DNA of 64,000 nt from Octopus vulgaris (taxonomy: Eukaryota): positions 87,172,001 through 87,236,000 of the forward strand of contig OX597819.1 in assembly GCA_951406725.2 (NCBI GenBank), written 5' to 3'. The notes beneath the pieces were generated by a model. The model saw only the letters and a list, made by a program, of their open reading frames with translations. It did not search any database and was not told the DNA's origin. Shown here in pieces: positions 38,256 through 51,292 of the stretch (position 1 is its first letter; every line of letters starts with the position of its first letter). A program made the translations under genes and the position numbers.

Positions 38256-38849
38256 TTCTAGGTTGTATCTCTTCCAATATCTACGTTACTTTTCATTTTC
38301 CTAAACCCATAAAGAACTTATCAGTAATATACTAGGCTCCTTCAATCGATTGTCTATCCATTCGTAACATCCATTCTGTACCTAAACAAGGCTATGAGTT
38401 GTGATAAGTAATTAACTTTATGTTGTTAATCAAGTATATGATCAAATACTTCAGTCACTTAAAGACATGTATTATGAATACTCATAACCGTCCTGCATTC
38501 TGTAAATATAGTCTTAAAATATAATTCAAGCGATCAAATGCCTTGTAAAAGAATTATCTGGTATTAATATATGAGAATAGGTGGTAATAAAACAGTAATG
38601 TATTTTATATATCATTCTTAATTTAGAGTAGCAGTGAATAATTAAAAAATCATGCCTCGTGTTGGGTCCATTAAATGATTTTTTTTCCATTTCAAGAAAA
38701 AAATTCTTAATTTTAAGCAGATAATACTCCTTACCTTTCTCTTAAGGAAAGATATAAACATCTTACAATACTATCCCCACTTGTATAAGTTTTAACCTTA
38801 GACATGAATAACTGATAATTAAAATCTAAAATAATAATTGAAATTTTAC

Positions 38850-38982
38850 ATATTAGAACTTGAAAGGGATGAATTCATCTTGGCAATAATCCATGCAAAT
38901 AGCCGAGAATATAAAGATTTAGCAAATGCATCTCTTTCTTCTTCTGCTTGTTTTTTGCTCTTGATGGTGCTCACAATATCAT
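38850..38982 (-). CDS. CHS: Myosin-chitin synthase exon (motor)
   Basis: DDIVSTIKSKKQAEEERDAFAKSLYSRLFAWIIAKMNSSL; 133 nt, phase 1-2. Confidence 0.92.
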
Positions 38983-39361
38983 CTAGAAAGAAAATTAGGA
39001 AAACAGGAGGAATTATGCTGCATAATCATTTTCTTATTTCCAAAAAGTTACTTTCTTATAAATGCTTTATAGAAGAATGAAATACATTTGGGGTAAGGGA
39101 TTTAACGATCTAGAGAATATGGTTCCAACTTTCGTATGGCATTCATTTTCATGAAAAAAGATTCAGGATTACAATATAGGATGATACATGGAAAATTGTA
39201 GTCCGCTATTCTTACATGATTGAGTAGTTTCTGTCAGTTCTGCTATCGTAATTAGGTGAAGCAAGGGAAATTAACCCCTTTACTGGATGCACAAAGCAAA
39301 ACCAAGTATTGGGTACGGACACATTATTTTAATTCTATTTTTCTACTTTATTTACTTTCAT

Positions 39362-39392
<31 letters not shown>

Positions 39393-39875
39393 CAGCTGAA
39401 TCTAGCAACTTATCCACTTTGATTCACAAGAGAACATTATTTGCAACGGATGGCATTACTCCACTCAATAAATTATCAGCTCTAATATTTCGTTTTAAAT
39501 CTTTATAGAATTTGTGCTGCTTTCTAAAATGGGAAGTAGAAAAATTATAGATTATAACAAGTAGAAGAATTGCACATTGTTCAACGACAAAGCTAATGTC
39601 TTTGAGTGAACATTACGCAACAATGTAACATGTTTAAACTAATTTAATAAGTCAATACTTTCAAGTAATATTCTTTAAGGGAACTGCCTTGTTTTCTGTT
39701 AAAGGATACATCTTTATTAAATCGTTACTAGAATCATTTCTATCTTAAAGATTTTCAAACCACTTTTCAATGCTAACTCGAATTGGATATATTAGAAATG
39801 TATACTGCTGGAGCTAATTCTTTGATAACAAGTCTGAAAATAAGCTTTTCCTTAAACGAAATAAAATCTGCTAAC

Positions 39876-39947
39876 CTGGTGCCATCAATTTCTTTTCCAG
39901 AAGCACATTCATAAGTTCAGTTAAATCCAGACCCATTAATTCAGCCA
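39876..39947 (-). CDS. CHS: Myosin-chitin synthase exon (motor)
   Basis: VAELMGLDLTELMNVLLEKKLMAP resembles myosin AxLLGxxxxxLxxxL; 72 nt, phase 1-1. Confidence 0.88.
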
Positions 39948-40135
39948 CTAAAACGAGAGAAAAGAAAGCAATATAATTTTTGATATCACATTGTTACCTT
40001 CGTTATAAAATTTTAATCATTATATTGGTCTTCATCCGATCTCCATTTATTCTGTGTTTTTCATATCTGAAGAAAATTATGCGTTAATTCATGTCTATTA
40101 AATATTCAATTCGTCAGTGTAAACTTTTTCTTGGG

Positions 40136-40382
<247 letters not shown>

Positions 40383-43300
40383 GTGCCTTTGCACACCTTC
40401 TAACGCTGGAGATGCACTACGGTGTCAGCTGTTCACTACCAGTGAACTAAGGTAACACCTCTTATTTTTCGAGCACCTTCCAGAGTATTCGAGCGGTTCC
40501 AAGCAGTGCTGCTTTCTGCAAGTGCTCCACCTTTATTGCAGCCCCTATTTGTTCCATGTACTTCTCAAGGCTTTTCCTCACTGTTTCCAGGGCTCCGACA
40601 ATTATTGGTACTACTGCTACCCTTTTCATCGATCACAACTGCTTAACTTCCCAAGCTAACCTGTCATGTCTATCGACTTTTCTTTCTTCCTTATCGCATA
40701 CCTTGTTTTCAGCTGGACATGCTATACCTATAATCCAGCATAGTTTGTTTTCTTTCTCAATTAAGACTATGTCTTGCTTCCTATTCTGTATCTCATAGTC
40801 GCACTCTGTCAAGTCCATACTTGTTGCAAAGTGTCCAATGGACAAGCCTGGCTATATTGTCATGGCTTCTCCATTGTTTTGTCATATGCATCGCAGAATC
40901 TGTATTTATGGTCAGAACCGTTAGCCTGGTAGTTTTTGTGAGCAAGGTTTGGTCTTGTGCCGCCAATGTAAAACCTTCAGTCTCTGTTTTCAGTCCTGAA
41001 CTGCTTACCTTAGCCACTGCTGTGTTGTTGCTTGATCTACCTCTGTATTTCGACTTCGAAGTATAAACTCACCATGCAGAGGCTCCATCGCTCCTCAGTT
41101 TGTTTCTGCCCGTTCTGTTTTGCCATCTGCTTGATCCATTTTGTTTGTTTTGTGGCATTGGTTTCATGTTCTTCAACTACTTAAGGTTAATGCCAAGTTC
41201 CTTTGCGAATTTGTCAAGCTGCTTTTACAGTCGAATGTGACTTTTTGCTGCTTTTGTGTTTGCACACAAGTCGCAGCGTCCAGTCCTCTGTACTAGATAA
41301 GCACCTGTTCATTGCTAATGTGGAGGTCTTATAGCACAGCTTTACTTGCATCATTCCTCTTCCCCCATTATTTCTAGGTAGGTACACACGATCAACATCT
41401 GATTTGGAGTGGTGCATGTTCGTAGAAGTTAGTATTTTTCTTGTCTTCCTATCCAGGTGTTAGAGTTCTGTAAGGTTCCAGTTAATGATGTTAAAACTAT
41501 ATTTGACTACTGGAAGTATCATAGTGTTAAGGGCTTATATGCGGTTTTTAGAGTTGAGTTTAGTTTTTAGTATAAGTCTTATTCTCCTGTAATATTCTAT
41601 TATTTTTTTCCTTCATAGTAGCATGTTGTATACCATTTCTTTCGTTTATCCCCAGGTATTTGTAATTTTCATGAGGGTCAAGCTCCTTGATGGTAGTGTC
41701 GGTATCTAAAATAATGGATGCTGTCTGCTTGAACTTGTCTCTTACAAAAGTTGCTTTACACACTTATTAAGGCCAAAGTCCATCCCAAAGTCATTGCTGA
41801 ATTCGTTAACAGTTGTTAGCTGCAATACAAGCTCTTCATCATTTCTAGCAAACAGCTTCAGATCATCCATTTAAAACAGATGGTTTACTATAGTATTATA
41901 CACTTTGAACCCATACCTGGTGTTATTTAGTTCATTTGGGAGTGGGATTAGTACCATACAAAAGAGTAAAGGGGAGAGGGAGTCACCTTGAAAGATGCTT
42001 CGTTTGATGCTGATGTTGTTAGTTTGGCTCATCACATTACTATGGTTTTAGGAGACGTGTGTTCCACTAAGACATGCTACCTTGTAAGAAATTGAAGATG
42101 ATAGGAGAGATCTTGAGTATCCAAATATGCGGGACACTATGAAACGCTTTCCTGTAAGTCTATCCATGCTATACTCAGGTTTTTCTTTTTGCTCCAGTAA
42201 TTCTCTACAATCATTTTACTTACGAGTAATTGAACTTTGCACCCATAAGAATTATTTTTGAAACTATTTGAGCTTGTGGAAGGATAGATCTCTGATGAAG
42301 GGAAGCATATATTCTGTCAGTTAATATGGATGTGAGAATTTTGTAGGTGGTGTTGAGACATGTTATTAACGGTAGTTTTTTGGATTTCTTGCCTTCAGTT
42401 TTTGCTAAAAAGGTATCTTGTTCCTTCAGTCAGCCAGGCTGGTATTTGCTCTAGGTTCTGATGTCAGAGATGCAGTTGAATTTTGGTGTGCTTCTGTCAA
42501 ACAATTTAGCCAGAAGTTAGGAATCCGGTCCAGTCCATTTGTGAGATTTCCTAAGAACACATCTTAGCTCTTCTATTCCTATTACTCCCCATTTCTGCTC
42601 TTCAATTTCATCCAGTCCCACTTTCTCGCGCCCTAACCAGCCAGCTTTAGTATTATATTCTTTTCTGTCGCTCCATATCTTCTTCGAGAACTCTTCTATT
42701 TCCTCAGCCTTAGGTGACTCCTTTACTTCTATCTTACTTCTGCCAATTTCCCTATAAAATTTTTTTGCATGTCTTGAATATCCTGCTTTATCGATAAAAT
42801 TTGATTCTTTTTGTCGTACCTTCTAAGTCGTTGGATTTTCAGTTGTATTCATTGTTTTAGTTGTTCCTTAGTTGCAGAGAGGTTTATGAAATCTTTGATT
42901 TTATAGTTTTGCTTGATTTTTCTAGCTCGTTTCGTTTTAACATTTACTCCTCTAGCAAGTTCATCACTGATACATCCGCCTGCAGAGATTCGATCTATTT
43001 TTATATTGCTACTTTCCACTTAGAAGATCTATTTACATGGTTTATCCTTTTCTGTATCATTCTAATACCTAGTTGACCAGTTTCAACTTTAGCAGTGGAA
43101 TAGATGGATTTATTTAAGGTTGTTAGATCCTTTTCCGTGTTACATAAGATCTGCCAAAGAACAACATTATATCATGATTATGTTGTTGATATTATGCTGC
43201 TTGAGAATTTTGCCAATGGTTCTCTATTGATGATGTCAGTAGACTCAGTCTTGCAGAGTTCTCAGATAATATTTTCTTTTACATCTATGATCTCTTTATT

Positions 43301-44544
43301 ATTAACCTCAAATTCAGTGTCGTACCTATTCTTGTGTTCTTAAGGTAGGTCTAATTTCTCCTCTTTTTCCGCATACCTCTTCTTCGCTATACTTTCTTCA
43401 GCTTCCTTGTTGGAATGTACTGCTCGTACACTGGGTTCTTTGTATTTCTTACCTATTTCATCTGCATTGTTACTGTTTTCATTCGGTCTATCATGAGATA
43501 TTTGTGTCCTAATTTGCCTATTTTCAGCGTCAGCTAACCTTTTATTTTTAATGATGTCTCTACGTATATTACTTAGGTTATTTGCATTTATATATCTGCG
43601 TACTTCATTGCCTACTAAGTTTCTCCATGAAATGTAAGTTTTTTACTATGAGGTTATTGTTTTTGTTTAGTTGGGCTATAAAGAAAGCTTTCAACATATC
43701 TCTATAATTCTCTCTAGTCCAGTTTATGCGTCTTGCTTTAGGTGATTTGTTTGGTGGTGCCACTACAGGCCTAGGGTTAGAGTTATCATGGATCTGGTTA
43801 CGTAGTAGATCGTTTTTAGAGAGTTTGTTCCGGCAACAGACTTTTCAATCCCAGTCTAGTTCACTACTAAGTAACGCGGCCCTTGTTGACTTGGGTGATT
43901 TTCGATCTGGCGTGAGTTTTGAATTGTCATTAAGGCATTGACAGTGACAATAGGAGACGGGTTTGTTTGTTCAGATTTGAGACAACGTTTGCCTGTTCTT
44001 CGAATGGATATATTTATCACATTGTAGGCTGATAGATCGAAAATCGCCTCCATTTTTCGTATGTCTTCCGGCATAACTGTTTGGTTATGTTTTAAACTGA
44101 GTGACTAGTTTGCTCCTTTTTTTAACTCGTTTGTGGGAAGTCGCTTCGTTTTGGTTTTGTGTTCAGTACGGTGGCACGTTACACGTGTTTTTTCTTTTAT
44201 TTTCCATGTGTGTACGTGTATATCGTGTAGGCATTATTTCTGTTGCTTATAAATATTAACATGTGTACATGGATGCGTGAACAGTTGCATGTATAGGTAA
44301 TTATTCAAATTACGTACTTATTGTGTAAGTGGGGTTTTTCCAGGTTTCCTGTTGCTGGATTCAAGTTCTCGCGTATGACGCATTGAAATATCGTGCATTT
44401 GAGAAAGAAACCACTCTTTCCGATTTTTTAGTTCCACTGAACTTTTCCCACAGTTGTATCGCGAAGTTTTCCTTCCATCGCACCAATGTTATTGAATTGA
44501 GTTTGTTTTGTGGAGAGCTTCTCAGTATACATCCATATTGTTCA
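40383..44544 (-). mobile_element. Degenerate, near full-length Dong/R4-like element
   Basis: Minus-strand remnants: NWTREE, FQGDSLSPLLF, MDDLKLF, YKYLG, MHHSKSDVDRVYLPR, ETEGFTLAAQDQ, LQKAALLGTARIL; many stops; (ATT)n on both sides. Confidence 0.85.
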
Positions 44545-44563
44545 TTATTATTATTATTATTAT

Positions 44564-44596
<33 letters not shown>

Positions 44597-45364
44597 AAGT
44601 AGTAGTAGTAGTAGTAGTCTAATGTTTAACTAATTGATTATGTATAACACAGTCGCAAATTATCAGGAGTTCTTCATATAGGAAATTGTAGGGAAGTCAT
44701 TTTTTATGATTTTCCAAAAGGTATTATTAAACTTATTGGAACGAGAAATGAGGATTCGTGAAGAAATACTTCAAAAAAATCGCGCTGTTTTTTGTTTTTT
44801 TCTTTTCGTCTTTTTATCTCTACCTTTCCACGCTTGCATGGATTGGGCAGGTACATAATTTGAGGTTTTATTTTACAACTGGATGCCCAGTTATTGTTGC
44901 TTCTATTCCACTACTCTTCTAAAGCAGAGAGCTATAAGACACATTGTTCACGGGGAATGTAAATATGCGCAGCAATTTTCTGCAGCATTTCTACCATAAA
45001 TTCTGATGAACCAAAACCTCGTTAGTGACACTTGATAGATGAAGACTATGTGGAAGCCAGGTCTGTCCTTCAGTTCTTGCGTAGTAGAACTAATCTAATT
45101 CGCCACTTCACTGAGCAACCCTATATGCCTTTTTGTATCTTTACTCGAGTTCGCTGTGTTGCAAGAATTTAGACTAAGATTTCGGTTTTAGATAATCTCT
45201 TCCCTTCTCCCGAATATTCACTAATTCAGCAATTGATTATGCAAACTTATCTCCCTTCTCTGACGAAGCTATGAAACGAATTTTTTTTTAAAAATCAAAA
45301 GTCATGCCTAGTCATGCCTCTCAATAATAATAAAAAATAACGGAAACAAAACTAATAACAATAC

Positions 45365-45476
45365 CGTTCGCAACAGCGTCTTCCGTGGTTATCTGAATTT
45401 TTCCATTGTCGTCTTCAAAGTTTATTGATGTGATGTGAATAATAGCTGCCAGTGATTTCTCTATTCGCTTAATATC
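45365..45476 (-). CDS. CHS: Myosin-chitin synthase exon (motor)
   Basis: DIKRIEKSLAAIIHITSINFEDDNGK... resembles myosin LAAILHLGNIxF; 112 nt, phase 0-1. Confidence 0.9.
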
Positions 45477-45518
45477 CTAAACAAAGGGCAAAAATGTTAA
45501 TTAGTTTAAATTTTATTT

Positions 45519-45523
<5 letters not shown>

Positions 45524-45562
<39 letters not shown>

Positions 45563-45653
45563 AAACACTAAACACACATACACACACACCGATACACACA
45601 TGCTTTTTCTCTCGCCATCACTCTTTTTCTTCCCTCCATCCCCATCTTTCTCC

Positions 45654-45711
<58 letters not shown>

Positions 45712-46082
45712 AAATATGTGCTTGCGTGTATAATGCCTTACAGTATTACCCCAACCCTCTGCACAGTAAGCACAAATCGAGCCCAGCTCAATGTTGACAC
45801 TCACCAATTCGGGAACGATAAACGCTTTCGTCCCCCTTCTCTCTCTCCCTCTCTCTCTCAATCTATCTATCTATCTATCTCGCTCTCTCTCTTCGTCTCT
45901 CTTTCTCTTCGTCTCTCTTTCTCTTCGTCTCTCTTTCTCTTCGTCTCTCTTTCTCTTCGTCTCTCTTTCTCTCTCTCTCTCTTCTTCTTTCTCTCTCTCA
46001 CTCGAAGAAGAAGAAAAAGAAAAAGAAGAAGAAGAAGAAGAAGAAGAAGAAGAAAAAGAAGAAGAAGAAGAAGAAGAAGAAG

Positions 46083-46110
<28 letters not shown>
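45524..46110. repeat. Microsatellite cluster (CA)n, (CT)n, 18-bp CT-rich tandem, (GAA)n
   Basis: Direct observation; TCTCTTCGTCTCTCTTTC unit repeated about 4-5 times at about 45886-45970. Confidence 0.9.
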
Positions 46111-46113
<3 letters not shown>

Positions 46114-46402
46114 CGATTGTGCTTAAATCTGGTGGGAGGAACTCCTGTGATTTTGGCACTGCTAGTACTACCTTAAGGTAAATGTTATGGATGAAACACC
46201 AGAATCCAGGAGGCCCAATTGCAATTTTGAACAAAGTCGTTTTTATGGAGGACTTCATTTATCGACCTCGAATGAATACAAGACAATGTCAATCTCGATG
46301 GCTAATTACCACATGAAAACAACAGAGGATATTAAAGATTTTAAATATAGTTTGTAATTCAAACTAAATATATGATAGTGTATTATAATGGGAGGGTCAT
46401 TA

Positions 46403-46705
46403 TGTCAATAATAAATATATGCACTGGTTCAATTTCACTTCTTTATTGTTAGAGAATTGATTAGTTATTTAACCAACCAACTAATCGATCGCTTGCTTAA
46501 TTAGTTAGTTAAACAATCAATCAGTTGTTTGTCAAAGTCCTTTCATTGCCATTCTCGACCTCATCAGTGACATGCCCTCACCCCTCCACTGATTGTTTAA
46601 CTAAGTGATTAAGCAAGCGATCGATTAGTTGGTTGGTTAAATAGCTTATCAATTGACTAACAATAAATGAGTGAAATTGAGCCATTGCATGTGTTTATTA
46701 TTGGC
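46403..46705. repeat. MITE-like inverted repeat, about 120-bp arms
   Basis: 46405-46520 pairs with 46590-46704; core TATTTAACCAACCAACTAATCGATCGCTTGCTTAAT is perfectly inverted. Confidence 0.8.
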
Positions 46706-46802
46706 GCGATGTATCTCCCAAAATACAACAAAATTCTTTTCAACACACGAGTTCACATCAAGAATATTGCACACCAAACGCAATAACGAAGTATATTTTC
46801 AC

Positions 46803-46890
46803 CTCTTTCTCGAAATTCAAATCCTTTAAAATTTTGATGATGTTCTTGTAAGACGTTGGTTGATCATGTGGATGAGGATGTGAAAATATT
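46803..46890 (-). CDS. CHS: Myosin-chitin synthase exon (motor)
   Basis: RIFSHPHPHDQPTSYKNIIKILKDLNFEKE; 88 nt, phase 2-0, bridges the neighbouring exon phases. Confidence 0.8.
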
Positions 46891-48343
46891 CTGTTGAGAA
46901 ATTAAAGACAAAGTAGGGTTTAAATAATTGTCCAAATGTAAGAAAGAAATAAAGTTAGTTTATTATTCTGCAGTCTGCAGGATTCCATTAGACTACTCGC
47001 ATTTAGGAGAAAAATTTTCCTATTCTAGTAAACTAAACTGTAACCCTGACAAACAATCTAAACAAATAGTTGAACTAAAATATATAGAAGAAAGCAGATA
47101 AAATTGTACTTATTTATAGGAGAAGTAAGGTGGAGTTGCGTAACATCCTATTCGCTTATTCTTTTTTACCACTTCAACATCTTTCACTCGAATGAAATTT
47201 TTACGTTGACTTGGGGGGAAAAATGAGTCCTCTTCCTCGGATACAAAAACAATTGTTGATACTATTGTTTAACTTTCAGGTTAGTTTTGTTCAAGTAAAC
47301 CTATCATCATAAGCATCACAACCAGGACTATCCCATGTCTTTTTTTCAGACATGATTTATATAGGATTATATGATGCAACACAGTAGGATGGGATTTGAG
47401 CGAGAGTTGGCTGCTTTTTCTACACGAATGTAAGTTTTCATAGAATCTCCATGAGTTGCTCTACGAAGTCAATTGATATACGGGATGGACGAGGCGCATT
47501 TATTTTATCAGCATTAAAGGGACAAAATCCAAAGATAGCTCTACTAGTATTTATGACGTGCGCAGTTTTGGCTGACTAGAATTCCTTTTCTACTTTGAAA
47601 GACTTTAAAAATAATGAGGAAGCGTCGAATGCTTTTGATCATAAGTCGTTTCGATTCGGGTCGATCTGTACCGACCTGGTTAGTGCTAAGTTTGGGTTAA
47701 GCAAAAACAGTAAAGGAATTGAAATCTCTTGTTACAAAAGAAACTACTATGTCGCATGCTCCAACAATTAAAAATAGATTGGAAAACAATGTCCTGAACA
47801 TGTAATCTGTTTACACTGAAAGATAGGACGGCGTACCAAGATAGAGTAATTTAAAGTCCTGCAGCTTTCGATAGAAATTCTGCATATAAATGAATTAATG
47901 AAGAGAGAGAAAACTGGAGATTTAATTATCATATCGTTATTTTTGACTCATCTGTCTTTATTGCCTGTATACAAATATGTCATGTGGATAAGAAGAGGTT
48001 ACATGAAAATATGAAATGAACGCTTCTATTCTTCCATCAGTCCACAGAAAATCAGAAAATCTACAATTGCAAGTTAAATAAACTAGCATTCTACTATTTA
48101 TAGTAAAGGTTTTCACTTTTTCGTGGTACCCAGTCAAATTATGAGAGAGTTTATCCGATAAAAATTTATTTATTGGGTGTAGTACTTACTATACAACAAA
48201 AATAAGAAAATATGAACCAACGACGCTTCGAGTAGTGGTCTTATGTAGTAAGGAATGAGCTCTGAGCTTTTGGCTAAGTGATTAAATATTTTCCAAAGCA
48301 CAAAAGAAGCGTTTCAAATTCGGGAGGAAAAGACATGCCTTAC

Positions 48344-48479
48344 CTGTAATCTGTTTCTTTTGTAATTTTGTATCGCGATAAATCTTCTTTCAAAAAGGCA
48401 TAAAATATGTGAAAATTACTCTCATTTTGATTTTGTTTAATCAGCCGGCTTTTTTCCAACATATACTCGCAAATGACGG
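48344..48479 (-). CDS. CHS: Myosin-chitin synthase exon (motor)
   Basis: AVICEYMLEKSRLIKQNQNESNFHIFYAFL...; 136 nt, phase 1-2. Confidence 0.95.
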
Positions 48480-49147
48480 CTACAATACAGAGATAGGTAC
48501 GGAACAAAATTGATTTAATTTTTAAATTAGCATACATTTCAAAGTTGATAAATTGACAAAAGATGCGATGTGACAGAAATGAAAAGAAAATTCAGACAAT
48601 TTAATATTGGTGAAATGAGAAGTAATAACAACAAAGATTTGAGAAGTGAAATAAGTATACAAATAACTGTTTTAACGCTTTGTTTGTCCTGTGTACCATA
48701 TGTGATACATAAGACCTATTTTTCCTTTGTCCATGCATTTTTCTTTTGATGTTTTCAGTTAATGGATTACAACTTCATTGGAGACACCATATTCAGGGAT
48801 TATGGACTGTCATGTTGAACCCAGTACGTATTTCAATCAAATATTTCTTTCATTCATCTAGGTTGATGTCTAAAACAAAAACCGTTTTTAACTGATGGGT
48901 TTACGTCTAAACACACATCCACTCATATACACATACACATATTCATATATATATATATATATATATATATAGATATGAAAGTTTGTTTGGTAAAGCACGT
49001 GGGTGAATATATAAGAAAATAGTAAAGTGTGAAAAAACGACAGAAGGCTTAAATGTTAAAAAATATATATATTTGTGTCAAAATGTCTGGAGAATATTGG
49101 AAAAATTTTTTTCCTTTCCTTAAAATGACATAATTTTAAAATTTTTA

Positions 49148-49187
49148 AAGAAATTACCGGTTTCGCGTGTAGCTTTTCAAATTTCTT
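49148..49187 (-). ncRNA. Inverted copy of the minimal PLE hammerhead motif
   Basis: Exact reverse complement of 53343-53382. Confidence 0.65.
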
Positions 49188-49371
49188 GTGACGTTATGTT
49201 TATATTGCATGGAGTTATCGTTGTATTTATTATCAGGAGATTTCTAAATAAGGGGAGGTAGTGAGTGATTTCTTCCGGTGTAAGGGAGATAATCGCTTAA
49301 AAGTTTTTTTCCCTTTTCCCTTGTTAATTTCTCTGTGTCAGTATGTTCGGATGGTTTTTCCCTTTCCCTTG

Positions 49372-50494
49372 TTAATTTCTCTGTGTCAGTATGTTCGGAT
49401 GGTTGAGTCTGGGTTTGTACTTTTCAATGAAGAATGTTTCCTTGTTCAGTCTCATTTGTGTTGATGATCCGAAAGCACATTGGTAAAATGGGAAGATTAA
49501 AAATTGTGGCAGTAGTTGCTTTGCGCATTTCTCAATGTGATCACTAAAAGGTATCATTCTATATTCTGGGAATGCAATCTGTTGTCGATGCAGTGTGCAT
49601 CTACGCCTGAGTGATAGTCCCGTGGAACCCACGTAGTCTTGGTGGCAGCCCGAGCATTTAATGACATAAATTATGTTTTCAGAGGCACAAGTAAAGTTAG
49701 ATTTGATCTTGAATTTCTGTCCCTCTTTAAAGAAGAATTCTGATCCTTCCAATAGGTTAGGACATGTTGCACAGTTCGATCTACCACATTTTTTTACTTT
49801 TGCATCCGTAATTTTAGAAGACAATTTTGCCTTTGTGAGAATCTTTTTAAGTGATTTAGGCTGTTTGTAGCTTTTAATGATTTGGTGTATGTTTAGAATT
49901 TCCTTTAATTTTGGGTTTTTATGAAGTATTGGTAAATTCTGGGTGATGATGGTGAAGGCTTCTTTGTTTCTGGGGTTGTATGTAGATATGTAAGGTAGTA
50001 TTTTCGGGGAAGGTGTGTTGTTGTGTTGAACTTTTCTTAAAGTTTCTATGTTGATTTCTGTTGCACGTCTGATCCCATCCTCTATGAGTTGAGCTGGGTA
50101 ATGTCTGTCAATTAGGGTGTTTTTGAGTTCTTGCAGTCTAAAGTTCCTGGTATTTTGTTCTGACACTATTGTGCATATCCTTCTTGCAAGGTTGAAGGGG
50201 ATGTTTGTTTTAGTGTGTCTTGGGTGGCATGAATTAAAAAGAAGGTATTGTTTGGCGTCTGTGGCTTTGTAAAAAATGTCTGTTTCTATTTTAAGGTTAA
50301 TTTTTTTAATTAGTATATCCAAGAACGGGAGTTCCTTTTGGTTGTATTCCATTGTGAACTGTATATTTGGTTTTATGCTGTTCGATAGGTTTTTAAATTT
50401 TAGGAGTTTATCTATGTTTTCATTCCAGAGAATGAAACAATCGTCTAGGAATCGTTTCCAATTCTCTTTTATGTATTGAGAGAGGGAGTTTCCA
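49372..50494 (-). pseudogene. Inverted duplicate of the C-terminal RT/GIY-YIG portion of the Penelope-like ORF
   Basis: Protein nearly identical to the C-terminal ~370 aa of 51293..53158; the N-terminus of the track ORF is junction read-through. Confidence 0.9.
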
Positions 50495-51292
50495 GAACAA
50501 ACCAACAACATCCTAATACCAGACCCAACCACCATACAGCACAATACGACACTAGGATAAGAAATACACCACACACAAATCACTACTACCCCATGAACCA
50601 AAACTACTGGTCCCCACTAAACACAAGACAAACGCAAAGAAACACTATGTCAAGCAACATCCCACATACAAGAAGTTCGAAACAAAAATATTTCCCATAC
50701 AGAAATTTTACACACACCACAAGCATTAACAACCATAGATTCCCACACACACACAACGATCGGAGGCAACAATACCACCACTCCCCCGACCAAATACCAC
50801 ACAACCTCACAGACAACTCATACAAACAAAATTACACCCAACATTTTTTAGCCAGGGACCAGGGACACCAGGACACAGGCTGGAACCTAGTAATAAGGAA
50901 AAACCGAAGATAATCAATCTTTCAACCAAACCTCTTTCTAACATAAAAATTGACATCCTCGCAAAAGGGCTCAAATTTACACCAACTCCACGCAGAGCAA
51001 ACCTAAATGAACAGAATTTTGCAGAAAATTAAGACTAGCAGAAGCATCAAACAGTTTCAATACTGAAGATGAATCACTAGTCAAGAATAAAAGTGAACAC
51101 ATCCCACACAGAGGAAGAAATAAAGATCTTGACGAATTCTGTAACCACATTGAGAACTTCCCCTACCATATTATACATAAACAGAAAGCTAACCCAAATT
51201 TTAACACTGCACAATGGAAAGAACTGATAGAACTCCAAAATGATGAAGATATAACCATTAAGGAAGCGGACAAGGGAAATGCAGTTGTAATA

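Noticed and set aside
45260-45282. CTGACGA-AGCTAT-GAAACG
   Set aside because: No stem II, UH site or stem I; chance match
50476-50913. 145-aa His/Thr/Asn-rich ORF as an independent gene
   Set aside because: Low-complexity, truncated N-terminal region of the Penelope-like element starting at the inversion junction
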